Source: Haplodiscus bocki
Lineage: Eukaryota
DNA: 64,000 bases
Reading direction: 5' to 3'
NCBI GenBank assembly: GCA_965655095.1
Contig: OZ296650.1
Span: 133,858,001 to 133,922,000 of the forward strand
Part shown: one piece after another, positions 47,428 to 57,347 of the stretch
Numbering within the stretch: the stretch's first letter is position 1
How the letters are laid out: each line of letters starts with the position of its first letter
Translations under genes and position numbers: made by a program
The notes under the pieces: model-generated
Databases searched by the model: none
The model's input: only the letters and a program-made list of their open reading frames with translations
Told to the model about the DNA's origin: nothing

Positions 47428-50400
47428 CTAAAAATTCTGCATGCAATCACATTCCAGGGCTGTTTCGATACCTGTAACTTTATACAAATCCATAAGAACA
47501 TGGCATTCTGACAAGTAATCTGCAAGCGTTAGCATCACATTCGAATATTTGTGATTAACCATTGCTCTTTGCCAATCCTGTTCGAAAGAGTAACGGCTTC
47601 GGGAAACAGCGTTTGAAAACCCCGTCACGTAAGCAACTAAAGCCCAGGGTCTTCTTTCAACAGGCTTTGTAAATGCGCTCCCATTTCCCGAATTATGCTC
47701 CTGCAATCGTCGCCGCAACGTCTTACAGCTTCCAATGTAAAAAAGTTCCCTGCGTTTAACGCTCACCAACAAATAACAGTAACCAATTGCCGAAAGGGGT
47801 ACATCAAAAACACGTAAAGGAAAGGGATAAAATGTCTGGATCGCTGAAACACCGGAATTACAACTGCCACGAGACGACAAAAAGTTATCTATCAAAGGTA
47901 CCAAATGGCTATCTTTGCGGCAAAGAAGATTAATTGCATCAAGTGTACGCTGCTTGTCACCGACAAACGTTATATGGGAAAGATCAGTGACCCGACTAAC
48001 AACTACATAAAGCTGCTCTTTCAGCCAGTAGGAAAATTTTTTACCACCAACAATCTGTGTTGCCAAGCTTGGAACAGTGTCACCCATTATTTTGTGAACC
48101 GTTGACGCCACATACATTTTCAAAGGAAACTGAACACGTCTGCAAACGGTAGAATTGCTATACTTATGGAGAACGCCAATTCTTTTACGAACAACTACAA
48201 GTCTCCAGGAATTAACGTCCGGGTTGTTAGATGACACAGACCTTACTCCGGCTGGTGCAACTCTCACAACAATATGAGGATCATTTTCATCGAACGATTC
48301 AACTAAACACAATTGTCCCTGGAACAGTTTCAGCGATGGCAAATTGCAAGTTAAGCGCAATACACACCCAACATGTATAAACAAAGACTCTGGCTCAAGG
48401 CAACTTCGGTTGAGGAACTTGCTGACGGGTGCTGTTGCGGTAACCCAATTCTGGGTTCCTGTATTTGACATTTCATCCTTGCAATGGAAAGACACACTCT
48501 GTATGTTTTGATGTGTTGTCACAAACGATATTCTCTCTTCCACGGCCTCTTTTTCCGCAACTCGCGTACTGAACACTCTCAAAATATCCAGAGGGACTTC
48601 CGTCCACGTGCTTACAAAAATACAGAACTTGTCAATGATCTCACAACACTCCTTAATACATGCTTCTGTCACAGGATATTCAGACAGCAAATCCAGAAGT
48701 CTCTTTCCTTGCTGGTTCTGCATCCTCACATAGTGCTTCAAATACCGAACCTCGAAATTAGCTAACACCGAGTTGCTCAGCAAAAGGAACGTTCCCGTAG
48801 GAGGCGGAAGTTGACGAAAATCACCTGTGCAAATAACAATCTTTCCTCCAAAAGGAAGATTGTTTTCAGACACGGCTTGCAACACATTGTCCATTGCGGA
48901 CCAAAGTTCAGCTGAAATCATTGAGACTTCCTCGACAAATAAAACATCCAACCTCTCCAAAAAAGTAAATTTTAGAGGATCTCGGGCAAGAGTGTTCAAT
49001 GCATGCGAAACTAGATGAGTCACCGTTCCATTTTGAACGACAGGGAAAGGGATTAAAGCGTTTATGTGTCTTCCGCCGAAAAGTGAAGCTCTCTCCGCAG
49101 CGACACTAGTTATGACGCATCTCAATCCCCTAGCTAGAGCCGCGATCACACAATGGATCAACACATGGCTCTTTCCTGTACCTGGTGGACCAACTATGAA
49201 CTGATGTTTAATAAAGGCAGTCGTACAAGAACAATAATTATCGTACAAAGAACAAACGTAATCCAAAATATTCTGTTGATCATGCAATGATTCGTCAGTC
49301 TGGTTGCGCGCTTTATGTATCTTCTGGCTCCAAGTAAAAGGACGTGCTAAGGTGGCGTTCATCAATTCTGCATACGTTGGTAAACCAACATAACCCCCAT
49401 TGGCAATGGCACACAGAAGACTCTCTTTCTGCGCATTTAATTCGTGTGAAATATTGCTGTCACTCTGCTGCACAATACTCTGTTCTAAGACGCGCGGTGT
49501 TGAGCACGGAAAAACGACCGAATTATTTTGTGCTGCTTGCTGGATGCACAAATAGGCACTCGTAACAAATCGATCTAGTAAAGTAGATGATCCTGGATAA
49601 TAGCGTAATTGTTCAAGCACAAAGCGCCGAACAACATCAATAACTTCGGAATCTTCGCATCCCAAATGAGACCTCGCTAAAGAAGCCTCAAAGAACGCAG
49701 ATTTCATATTCGATTGAGAAAAAATGTCAAGTTCGGTTACGTATTCTCCAAGAGACAACAGAATGTGGGTCAAAAAATTGGTTGTGTTCCTCGGAACAAC
49801 GTTCGATAAAACTACTTGAGTTTGACAAACCTTTTTGTCATAAATGAACTTGTGACTTGAACTGCTCGTTGTACATGCAATGGCTTCATGACATTGCCTG
49901 GAGAAACGACGGACCCCACTAGAAAAGTTGCGACAGTAGTTGAAAAAAGCTTCTTTGTACAAAGCATTAAGGTATATGCAATAGCCGAGGCCATCCACCC
50001 AATATGATTTGGTTACATTTCTCTTTAGTAAACTTTCTGGTGTCAACTTTGAGGGCTTTCGGAAGCGGCAGAACCAAGTAAAATAGTTTTCCACTTTGAG
50101 CACAAAAGTTAGTTCAGGGGGTCGTACACCAAAAACTGTTATCTTGTCTGGAGAAAGAGAACTTTTTTCTGCATCAATTATCAGCAGCTTCTGATTAACC
50201 GTGAAGCAACGGTGAGGAGGAAAGTCCTTGCTGTGTCTAATGGAACTCTGGCGCCCAAAAAGAGGACCCTGATTGCTACTAGAAAGCCTGCATTTCGGTT
50301 CAATGACTATTCCAGCCCGTTTCTCTCGCGGGGCAGTGACAACATGAATGAATTGTATATTGGTCACCACGTAAGGAAATCGCAATGACCACCACACGGA

Positions 50401-53400
50401 TTCCGTTAAACTCAAAATGCGAGAGTTCAAACACTTTTTCTTTGGCTTTTCCTCCTTGCTCATATTGGTCAAGTATACCCCAGCGATTTTGTTGTTCACT
50501 TGTTGATCAACATGGAAGTCATACAAATCTGTTGCACTTGACGTAGAAATAGAAACTTCGGCGCGTTCCTCCACGCCTGCAACATATTTTGACAGATAAC
50601 GGCTACTCATGTAAATGTCGCAAATTTGTAGATTGGTGCTAGATCGGACGAGGGCAAAAATTTTGGCGTTTGTTGGAGAAGTGTGCGTGTTACTTTCTGT
50701 TGGATAATGATGCTTGCCACCACAAAGGCGCTGATCAATGGTGACAGAACAATCAAAGTCACTCGACTCAGCTAATCCGATGTTCTTCAAAACTGCTATC
50801 GTTTCCTCAGACAGTTCTTTGTGAATACATTTGTAGGTAAAATTAGCAGAAGGAGGGTATTTGGGCACGCGGCACGTTTTTCTTTTCAATTTGTCAGTTT
50901 TTTTCTGACAACGAAATTTAGCTTTAAAACAGCTGTGTGATTGGTAACGGTTGAACAGATCTCGTAACTCGTTCAACTCATCCAAACTATAATTGTGCGA
51001 ACCAACTTCAGTCAATAAATTCCCCAGAAACGTTGTTGCCGAGCAACAAATTCTAGACCTTACTGCTTCACTAAAGCAATCTTCTGCCGTCCAAATCAAA
51101 GCATGTACATGAGGGAACCCACAAGCTTCATCTTGAAACTCATACCGATACCAAATCTTTTTAACCTTTCCCAATGGCTGCTCGGGTGACGTTTCAATGT
51201 ACTTCATGACAAGACGAGAAGCTCGTTCCCACGCTCTCAACATGGTGACCATTTCAGATTGAATCGCTGATTTTCGGACCTCCTCTTTACAGACGTCTTT
51301 CGGAAACTTTGCGTCCAACGCACTAAAAATCTTCCTCAAGCCAGGATGCGTTGACTGCCCACAAGTGTAAGTGAAAAAATATGTAGCTGGTCGTTCTTTC
51401 AAAGCTGCTCCCAATTCATTGACATTCTTCCGAGAATCGCATTGATAAAAAAAAATTGCCCCTTCTCGCATGGCATGTACATTTTTTCGTTGCCGAGCGG
51501 CTTCACTCCAACCTCTGTTCAATACTATTCTGGTGTCATTGACACGCAGCTGTAGGTTAAATATTGTGTCAAATACGTATTGGACGTAACGAGGATCCGT
51601 TGACGTCAACAGAGACGAATCTTTCAAGCGCGTTTGTAAATGTTGTTCTAAGCTAGCGAAGCCGAGCAATTCGTTTTGTTTGTGATCATTATACAAAGGA
51701 GACGGTATTGCACCCGAATAACTGCCGTCTGTATTTTGGTGCCAAAAGATGGACGGAAACAACATGGCTTCCGGCTGAAGCAAAGGGACAGAATTAGGGG
51801 GCGACGTTGCAGTGATATTCTCCAGAAATCTCTTATGTCTAGCTGCAACATACAACGGAGACCCTTTACTCCTTTTCAGTAAACCGCATTGACCATTCAA
51901 TAAAACATGTAGTGGGAGCTGAAAATCAGTGCTGTCTATTCGGAAATCACGTTCCAAAACAACAGTTGAATCTCCAGCAGCAGTTGTAACAGGCAGCGAA
52001 ACATGCGATCCCTCAGAATCTTCCTCTAAAAGGCCAGGGTTGGTAACAAATTCCGAGGACGCGACAGTGTTGGTAGGCGATGTGGACCGATTCTCTGAAT
52101 CGACAGAAACACGGCTATAGCTACAATCATCTAACTGACTTGAGCCGCACGCTGAGTTTTTTGTGGACTCACCAAAGATCCTTTTTTTACCATCAAAAAC
52201 AAAGTGCTTTTCCTGACTTTCATCTTCAGAATGCATCCTGCAAACACTTGCCAAACAACCAGACACTGGACAACGTAAAAAAGAACTTCTACCACATGAG
52301 CATTTGAAACCACTTGAAGGAAAATCACGGGTGAGTAACAGAGAATGCTTTTTACAAAAGAATTTTCCTTGACCTGCCAGTGTTTCAAAATATTTCGACC
52401 GCAACTCACTAATATCGGCAAAGGTCTGTCGATAGTAAACACAGATATTCCAATAGTCATTAATAAAATGATCAACCGCTCTATCACAAGGCAGCCTCAC
52501 CTGTTCAGGAAAAATACTTTTGCTTTTATACACCCAAAAACTTTGAAAGACACCACCATGCCTCAAAAGAATGTTATTACGAGTCGCTAAACCTTCAGTA
52601 GCAATAAATTTCAACTCGAAAACGGACTGAGCAGTTTGGAAGTTCAGAGGAGCTTTGAATTTAGAACGCAAAGTATTTACTCCCGCGTATGAAAAAAGTA
52701 TGACATTTACACCTTCAAATTCTTGAGCTTCCAAAAAATGCCAAATATCTTGACGGCTTGCCACGTTTTCATGGATGACATCATCACAAAATTGTGACAC
52801 ACCGAAACTGAGACAACGAGATGGACTTTCCGGAAATCTTGTAAACAACTTCGACAATCCATCACTCATAGACGCATCCACAGTTTTTCTTGTGCAGCGA
52901 CGGAACCTTGGAAAAATTACAGGGTCCAAAAATTGCAGCAAAGGAAAAATCGCATTATCAACACCAGCTGAATCAGATATGGATCGACACAGTTGAGGAG
53001 AGATGCAAAATAAAGTTTGCAACAACGACAAAAAGTGAGTCTTGCAGCTCAAAATTTTTGGAGGAGAGGAACCAAACGAATTCGGAGGCTGAGCGAACGT
53101 CACAGACTTGAATTTTGCGCATAAGCGTTGTCCATCAGTCAATCCAGGAGAACTGAATAAACGATACGTATCCGTTATAGACACACTTGTTGATGCGGAA
53201 AGAGAAGCAGCCGACTGTTCAATGTTCGGTTTACTTTGAATGCCTTGTCGGATTTCATCAGTTGTTTCGCCAGAAGACACTAAGCTATTCAAAAAATATT
53301 GAATATCGCTTCGGTAAAAACTACATTGAGATTCCGCCTTCACTAACAGATCCGAAGTAATATCCCAACGGCGTTGAGAGCTCAAGCGAATGCTACTAAT

Positions 53401-54675
53401 GCCTGAATAATTACCGACAGCTTTCAGCAACTGGAAAGTGTGACTAGCGTAATTCGCTTTGGCATTCTTCAAAATACGCAAATTTGGAGCAACAAATGCT
53501 AATCTGTCGTTGGTAGGAACACTGAGACGTCCCAGAGACGGGTGTGCAGGCGGGTGAAGATACTGCAGGTGAGACCCATTGTTATGCTGCACACAAGTTC
53601 CGATAACAAGGCCATATGCCCCATTAACACTGACAAAGCCGGAAACATCAAACGCATCCAAAACTTTCATTGGTTTCAACCAATCGTCTCTTGCACCTCG
53701 CAAATGGTACAAGTAATCAGAGCTGAACGATGTGAATGAAGGCAAAATCCCATTTACAAGGTGGTTGAAACCGATTCGACCTGTTTCTTCAACAAATGTG
53801 AAACAACCGAAGGGACATCTACAATTTGGATAACATTCATTATCTAAGGCTTCCTCCAAATCAGTGAAATTACCCGAATTTATTTTGTCCAGAAAAACTT
53901 CCTTCCGTTTTGTTATATCAACTAGAACAGATGGATCACCCATAGAAACAGCAGGATGCAGATGTTGACACATAGCCCAACTGTCGCGTATTTCGGGAGG
54001 TAAAAAAGAAACAAATTTTTTCATAGTACAATCTCGAATGCTGAGATCCTTCAGTAACGAATGAATCACGGAAGGCCAAGCGTACCGCCAACAATTTCCG
54101 CCATTATTGTAATTGAAACAACTTTGGCAGACCAGACAGGTAGCAGTAGGTCGCAAACCAAATCTCCTTCGTTTGATTGCTGTTTTTTCAAGAGTTTGCC
54201 ATTGCAAAGGATAAGCAGGAGTTGAAATTCGACAACATTTACCGCACATTTCTCTGTTTTGTGCTTTGTCGGCTGAAAAAGTGGACGTCAAAACACAATT
54301 GTCACTCGAGGCATCCTCATTACGACAGGCGTTATCTTTCTTCATAATCATTGTGGCTGTGCCATTGTGTGCGGATTGCGTGGATTGAATCTCCTGAGGC
54401 AGGGCATTGAAGCAAACACCTGGGCTCAACGGGTCACACTTAGAACCATTTTCTTCACATTCAATTGTCGCTAGGCTTAAACAACTGTTGCTGGGCAACA
54501 AAAGGTCGTTGTGCATACCGCCCAATCCAACAGAGGGTGATGTGAGGCCTTCATCGCACAAATGAGGCAAAACTTTAAATTCAGAACACGCACTACCTTT
54601 TGGATCAGAAGTGTTCGCATGAAATGACATTGCATTGTGATGCCGTATCTGGGAATGAACTCTGGACGCAACCAT
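47428..54675 (-). CDS. Helitron-like RepHel-GIY-YIG transposase (2415 aa, copy D)
   Basis: Same motifs as 32677-39924. Confidence 0.92.
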   Translation of the reverse strand: MVASRVHSQIRHHNAMSFHANTSDPKGSACSEFKVLPHLCDEGLTSPSVGLGGMHNDLLLPSNSCLSLATIECEENGSKCDPLSPGVCFNALPQEIQSTQSAHNGTATMIMKKDNACRNEDASSDNCVLTSTFSADKAQNREMCGKCCRISTPAYPLQWQTLEKTAIKRRRFGLRPTATCLVCQSCFNYNNGGNCWRYAWPSVIHSLLKDLSIRDCTMKKFVSFLPPEIRDSWAMCQHLHPAVSMGDPSVLVDITKRKEVFLDKINSGNFTDLEEALDNECYPNCRCPFGCFTFVEETGRIGFNHLVNGILPSFTSFSSDYLYHLRGARDDWLKPMKVLDAFDVSGFVSVNGAYGLVIGTCVQHNNGSHLQYLHPPAHPSLGRLSVPTNDRLAFVAPNLRILKNAKANYASHTFQLLKAVGNYSGISSIRLSSQRRWDITSDLLVKAESQCSFYRSDIQYFLNSLVSSGETTDEIRQGIQSKPNIEQSAASLSASTSVSITDTYRLFSSPGLTDGQRLCAKFKSVTFAQPPNSFGSSPPKILSCKTHFLSLLQTLFCISPQLCRSISDSAGVDNAIFPLLQFLDPVIFPRFRRCTRKTVDASMSDGLSKLFTRFPESPSRCLSFGVSQFCDDVIHENVASRQDIWHFLEAQEFEGVNVILFSYAGVNTLRSKFKAPLNFQTAQSVFELKFIATEGLATRNNILLRHGGVFQSFWVYKSKSIFPEQVRLPCDRAVDHFINDYWNICVYYRQTFADISELRSKYFETLAGQGKFFCKKHSLLLTRDFPSSGFKCSCGRSSFLRCPVSGCLASVCRMHSEDESQEKHFVFDGKKRIFGESTKNSACGSSQLDDCSYSRVSVDSENRSTSPTNTVASSEFVTNPGLLEEDSEGSHVSLPVTTAAGDSTVVLERDFRIDSTDFQLPLHVLLNGQCGLLKRSKGSPLYVAARHKRFLENITATSPPNSVPLLQPEAMLFPSIFWHQNTDGSYSGAIPSPLYNDHKQNELLGFASLEQHLQTRLKDSSLLTSTDPRYVQYVFDTIFNLQLRVNDTRIVLNRGWSEAARQRKNVHAMREGAIFFYQCDSRKNVNELGAALKERPATYFFTYTCGQSTHPGLRKIFSALDAKFPKDVCKEEVRKSAIQSEMVTMLRAWERASRLVMKYIETSPEQPLGKVKKIWYRYEFQDEACGFPHVHALIWTAEDCFSEAVRSRICCSATTFLGNLLTEVGSHNYSLDELNELRDLFNRYQSHSCFKAKFRCQKKTDKLKRKTCRVPKYPPSANFTYKCIHKELSEETIAVLKNIGLAESSDFDCSVTIDQRLCGGKHHYPTESNTHTSPTNAKIFALVRSSTNLQICDIYMSSRYLSKYVAGVEERAEVSISTSSATDLYDFHVDQQVNNKIAGVYLTNMSKEEKPKKKCLNSRILSLTESVWWSLRFPYVVTNIQFIHVVTAPREKRAGIVIEPKCRLSSSNQGPLFGRQSSIRHSKDFPPHRCFTVNQKLLIIDAEKSSLSPDKITVFGVRPPELTFVLKVENYFTWFCRFRKPSKLTPESLLKRNVTKSYWVDGLGYCIYLNALYKEAFFNYCRNFSSGVRRFSRQCHEAIACTTSSSSHKFIYDKKVCQTQVVLSNVVPRNTTNFLTHILLSLGEYVTELDIFSQSNMKSAFFEASLARSHLGCEDSEVIDVVRRFVLEQLRYYPGSSTLLDRFVTSAYLCIQQAAQNNSVVFPCSTPRVLEQSIVQQSDSNISHELNAQKESLLCAIANGGYVGLPTYAELMNATLARPFTWSQKIHKARNQTDESLHDQQNILDYVCSLYDNYCSCTTAFIKHQFIVGPPGTGKSHVLIHCVIAALARGLRCVITSVAAERASLFGGRHINALIPFPVVQNGTVTHLVSHALNTLARDPLKFTFLERLDVLFVEEVSMISAELWSAMDNVLQAVSENNLPFGGKIVICTGDFRQLPPPTGTFLLLSNSVLANFEVRYLKHYVRMQNQQGKRLLDLLSEYPVTEACIKECCEIIDKFCIFVSTWTEVPLDILRVFSTRVAEKEAVEERISFVTTHQNIQSVSFHCKDEMSNTGTQNWVTATAPVSKFLNRSCLEPESLFIHVGCVLRLTCNLPSLKLFQGQLCLVESFDENDPHIVVRVAPAGVRSVSSNNPDVNSWRLVVVRKRIGVLHKYSNSTVCRRVQFPLKMYVASTVHKIMGDTVPSLATQIVGGKKFSYWLKEQLYVVVSRVTDLSHITFVGDKQRTLDAINLLCRKDSHLVPLIDNFLSSRGSCNSGVSAIQTFYPFPLRVFDVPLSAIGYCYLLVSVKRRELFYIGSCKTLRRRLQEHNSGNGSAFTKPVERRPWALVAYVTGFSNAVSRSRYSFEQDWQRAMVNHKYSNVMLTLADYLSECHVLMDLYKVTGIETALECDCMQNF

Positions 54676-55760
54676 GAGGCAAACTTTGCTGTGAATTTGG
54701 ATTTTCTGCCGACAACACTGCTACCGTTTCAAAATGGTTACCTGTATGAGTATGTACCAGGAAGACAGATGGAACGTCCATTGAAGCACGATCTCCGGCA
54801 TAGCTATAAACTATCCACAATTTTGTCATGCAATGGTAAACGTAAACATCAGCCACCGCAATTTGGGCGAAAGCATAGATCTCTACACAAGTGCCATACA
54901 CACCATTCGATCTCATTCCGGAACGATTCAAATATTCGTTCACGTTTGAAGCTGTCTCTACCACAACATTTCCATCAATGGTTGTGTAAATTTCCAGAAA
55001 ATGCGGAGCAATATCTACGGAGGGTAAAGCCAAACAAATACGCTGGCGTAGTTGTGAATGATACCAATATTGTGACCCAATTGACACCGCTAAAGCAGAG
55101 AACAAACAATTACCGTCACCTGGAACAGGATGAGTTTGTGATGGATGCAAACTGTTCAAAGATTTGGCACCCAACAAGTGTGTGTTCAATGGTTTTGCCA
55201 CAAACGGTATTCCAAACACAATGCAAATTCTCGTCAAATTAGCGATTGTGCATGAAAAAGCTGTTGAATTCGGCACGTTCGAGAAAACACTCATGGTATT
55301 GAATGGCGCAGAAAACAGCGACCGATCAAAATAGTCTTCACCAACTGAGGCTTTTACCATGGATGATTGGAAACAGGAGCAGTCTTTGCTGCCATAAAAA
55401 CGCCCACATGTTACGCATTTCCTGGGCTCTCTGCACAATTTCTTTTTTTTTTGGCGGGCCAGGGTTGGTTTCTATACCACTTCTCAACAGAAACAAAAGT
55501 AACATTCTGCGAGTCATCGAAACCTCATCAGAATTGCCGATCCTCATAAACTGCAAGTGATCCTGAAGACACAAAGAGACACAAAATTCCCCAACGGTGA
55601 CGTCTGAGCTGAAGACTTCTCCGACATTGTTCACATAAACAATTCCATCTTTTTCCAAAACTGTCCATAAAGAAGACCAAATCATCAACAAAGTTAAACA
55701 AAGTGAGTAAACCATTTTCTGAAAATGAGATTCGTCAAAACTCTGTACACCCATCAACAC
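54605..55760 (-). pseudogene. Frameshifted leader-2A-OTU region, copy D
   Basis: A T10 tract splits the 140- and 277-aa ORFs, and the 11-bp deletion separates them from RepHel. Confidence 0.8.
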
Positions 55761-57347
55761 TCAGTGGCGGCGCCTACATCTATAAAACTCAGTCAATGAA
55801 GGCTTTGAAACAGCCACATGCGTTACAGAAAAATCTTCTATCGAAAGGAACTTCAAAAACAGTTGGATCATTTGAATTCAAAAGATTCACTGCATTGAAT
55901 ATTTGAAGTTCACCAGTTGAATTTTTAACTGTCTCTTCAGTGACTTTTCGTTTTTAATGCCGAAAATACCATGCTTGTGTGATTTCAGCAAGACTTGCAG
56001 TACTTGAAAAAATGATTAGTTAAATACAATTCAAATTCAAAACAATGAGGACTGTTAGCGTTGTACACCAAACAAAACAAACTGCTGAGTAAGTATACTC
56101 TCAAAATATTCCTTGTCGAATGCCAAAGTGGTGCTTGTTGAACGCCAACCATAAACTGACCAAAAAAATTAACAATTACATAACACACTCCAACTTACAA
56201 GGCATGAAAGAGGTTCAACTCTCGTAATGCAAACGTGGAAAGTTCCAACACTGCTGATTTCTACAAAAAAAACATAACAAGGAAAACGAAAGAACCTCAT
56301 AGATGCTCAGAACAATAATATAACAAACTTAAAATTTCTGGCAAACAATTGAAATGGAATGCAAAACTTATTGCCAAAACTTTTATTTTTATTTTTCAAA
56401 ATGAATGACACGTAATGGAAGCATCTATTGCATTCTACAACCAACAAAGAGCCCTGATCCAAGATATAATTTATGTATGCCATTATACTTGATGAGAAAA
56501 AATGTAGGATTATAAAATATAACTTACATAAGTAACGCCTAACTAGATTAAATTTGAGTTTAGCTGAAAAAACTGTGTCATATGAGACAAAATACTGTCA
56601 AAGTGTCAACGACCACTTGTGTAGAAGCTGCGAAACATTGTTAGCCGCATTTTACGCGCAAAACGATCAATTCCAGCGTTTTTAGGCGCTTTTTACGCGC
56701 AAAGCGATCCTTTCCCGGGAAAATTTTTTTTTTCTCACAAAAATATCCGTCATTTCCGTCATTTTTTTCCCGTCATTTCCGTCATTTTTTTTCGGCATTT
56801 CGATCGAAAATTTCTGGTTAACCGAAATCAATTGCCGGTTCAGTTTTGGCATCCTTAGCGAAGGCTAGCATACGAGAAAAAGTTGGTTTTGGCGATCAAA
56901 AATGACGGAATGACGCATTTTTTGCAAAAATTTACAAATTCATCAGCGCCTATCTCCCGAACAAAAAAAGCTGGGCCAAAAATTTTTGGCATGCAAATTG
57001 TTCAAATCATTTGTGCCTCACACACAAAATTTGGGCCAATTGTATCGGGTAGATGTGGAACTAAAGCGATGAGAAGTCAAAATCGGGACAAAAAACACGA
57101 TCATTCCGTCATAACTCATCACGTTGTGAATGGAAAAAGTTTTTTCCCTCCTCCCCTTTCTCACCTCGCCATTTGAGGACCGCATGCAAATTATGAATAA
57201 ATTCTATCGGGTAGGACCCGAGATCGGCTTCCCAGACCCCTAGTGCACCTAGATGAAAATTTATCGACTAATATTTAACCTCGGCAACGGGACCCTACCC
57301 GGCCTCGGATTCTAAAAAGGTTACATCCCTGACCACCCAGTGGAGGC

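Larger units (their letters stand above)
1..57347 (-). repeat. Head-to-tail tandem array of a ~15-kb Helitron-like element (~3.8 units; continues left of the window)
   Basis: The ORF set recurs at offsets 14995-15005 and then 14751. Copies differ only by scattered SNPs and indels. Homology ends after ...gaccacccagtggaggc at 57347. Confidence 0.97.
42587..57347 (-). mobile_element. Helitron/Helentron-like element, copy D (terminal copy)
   Basis: Unit containing the 2415-aa ORF. Array homology ends at 57347. Confidence 0.88.
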
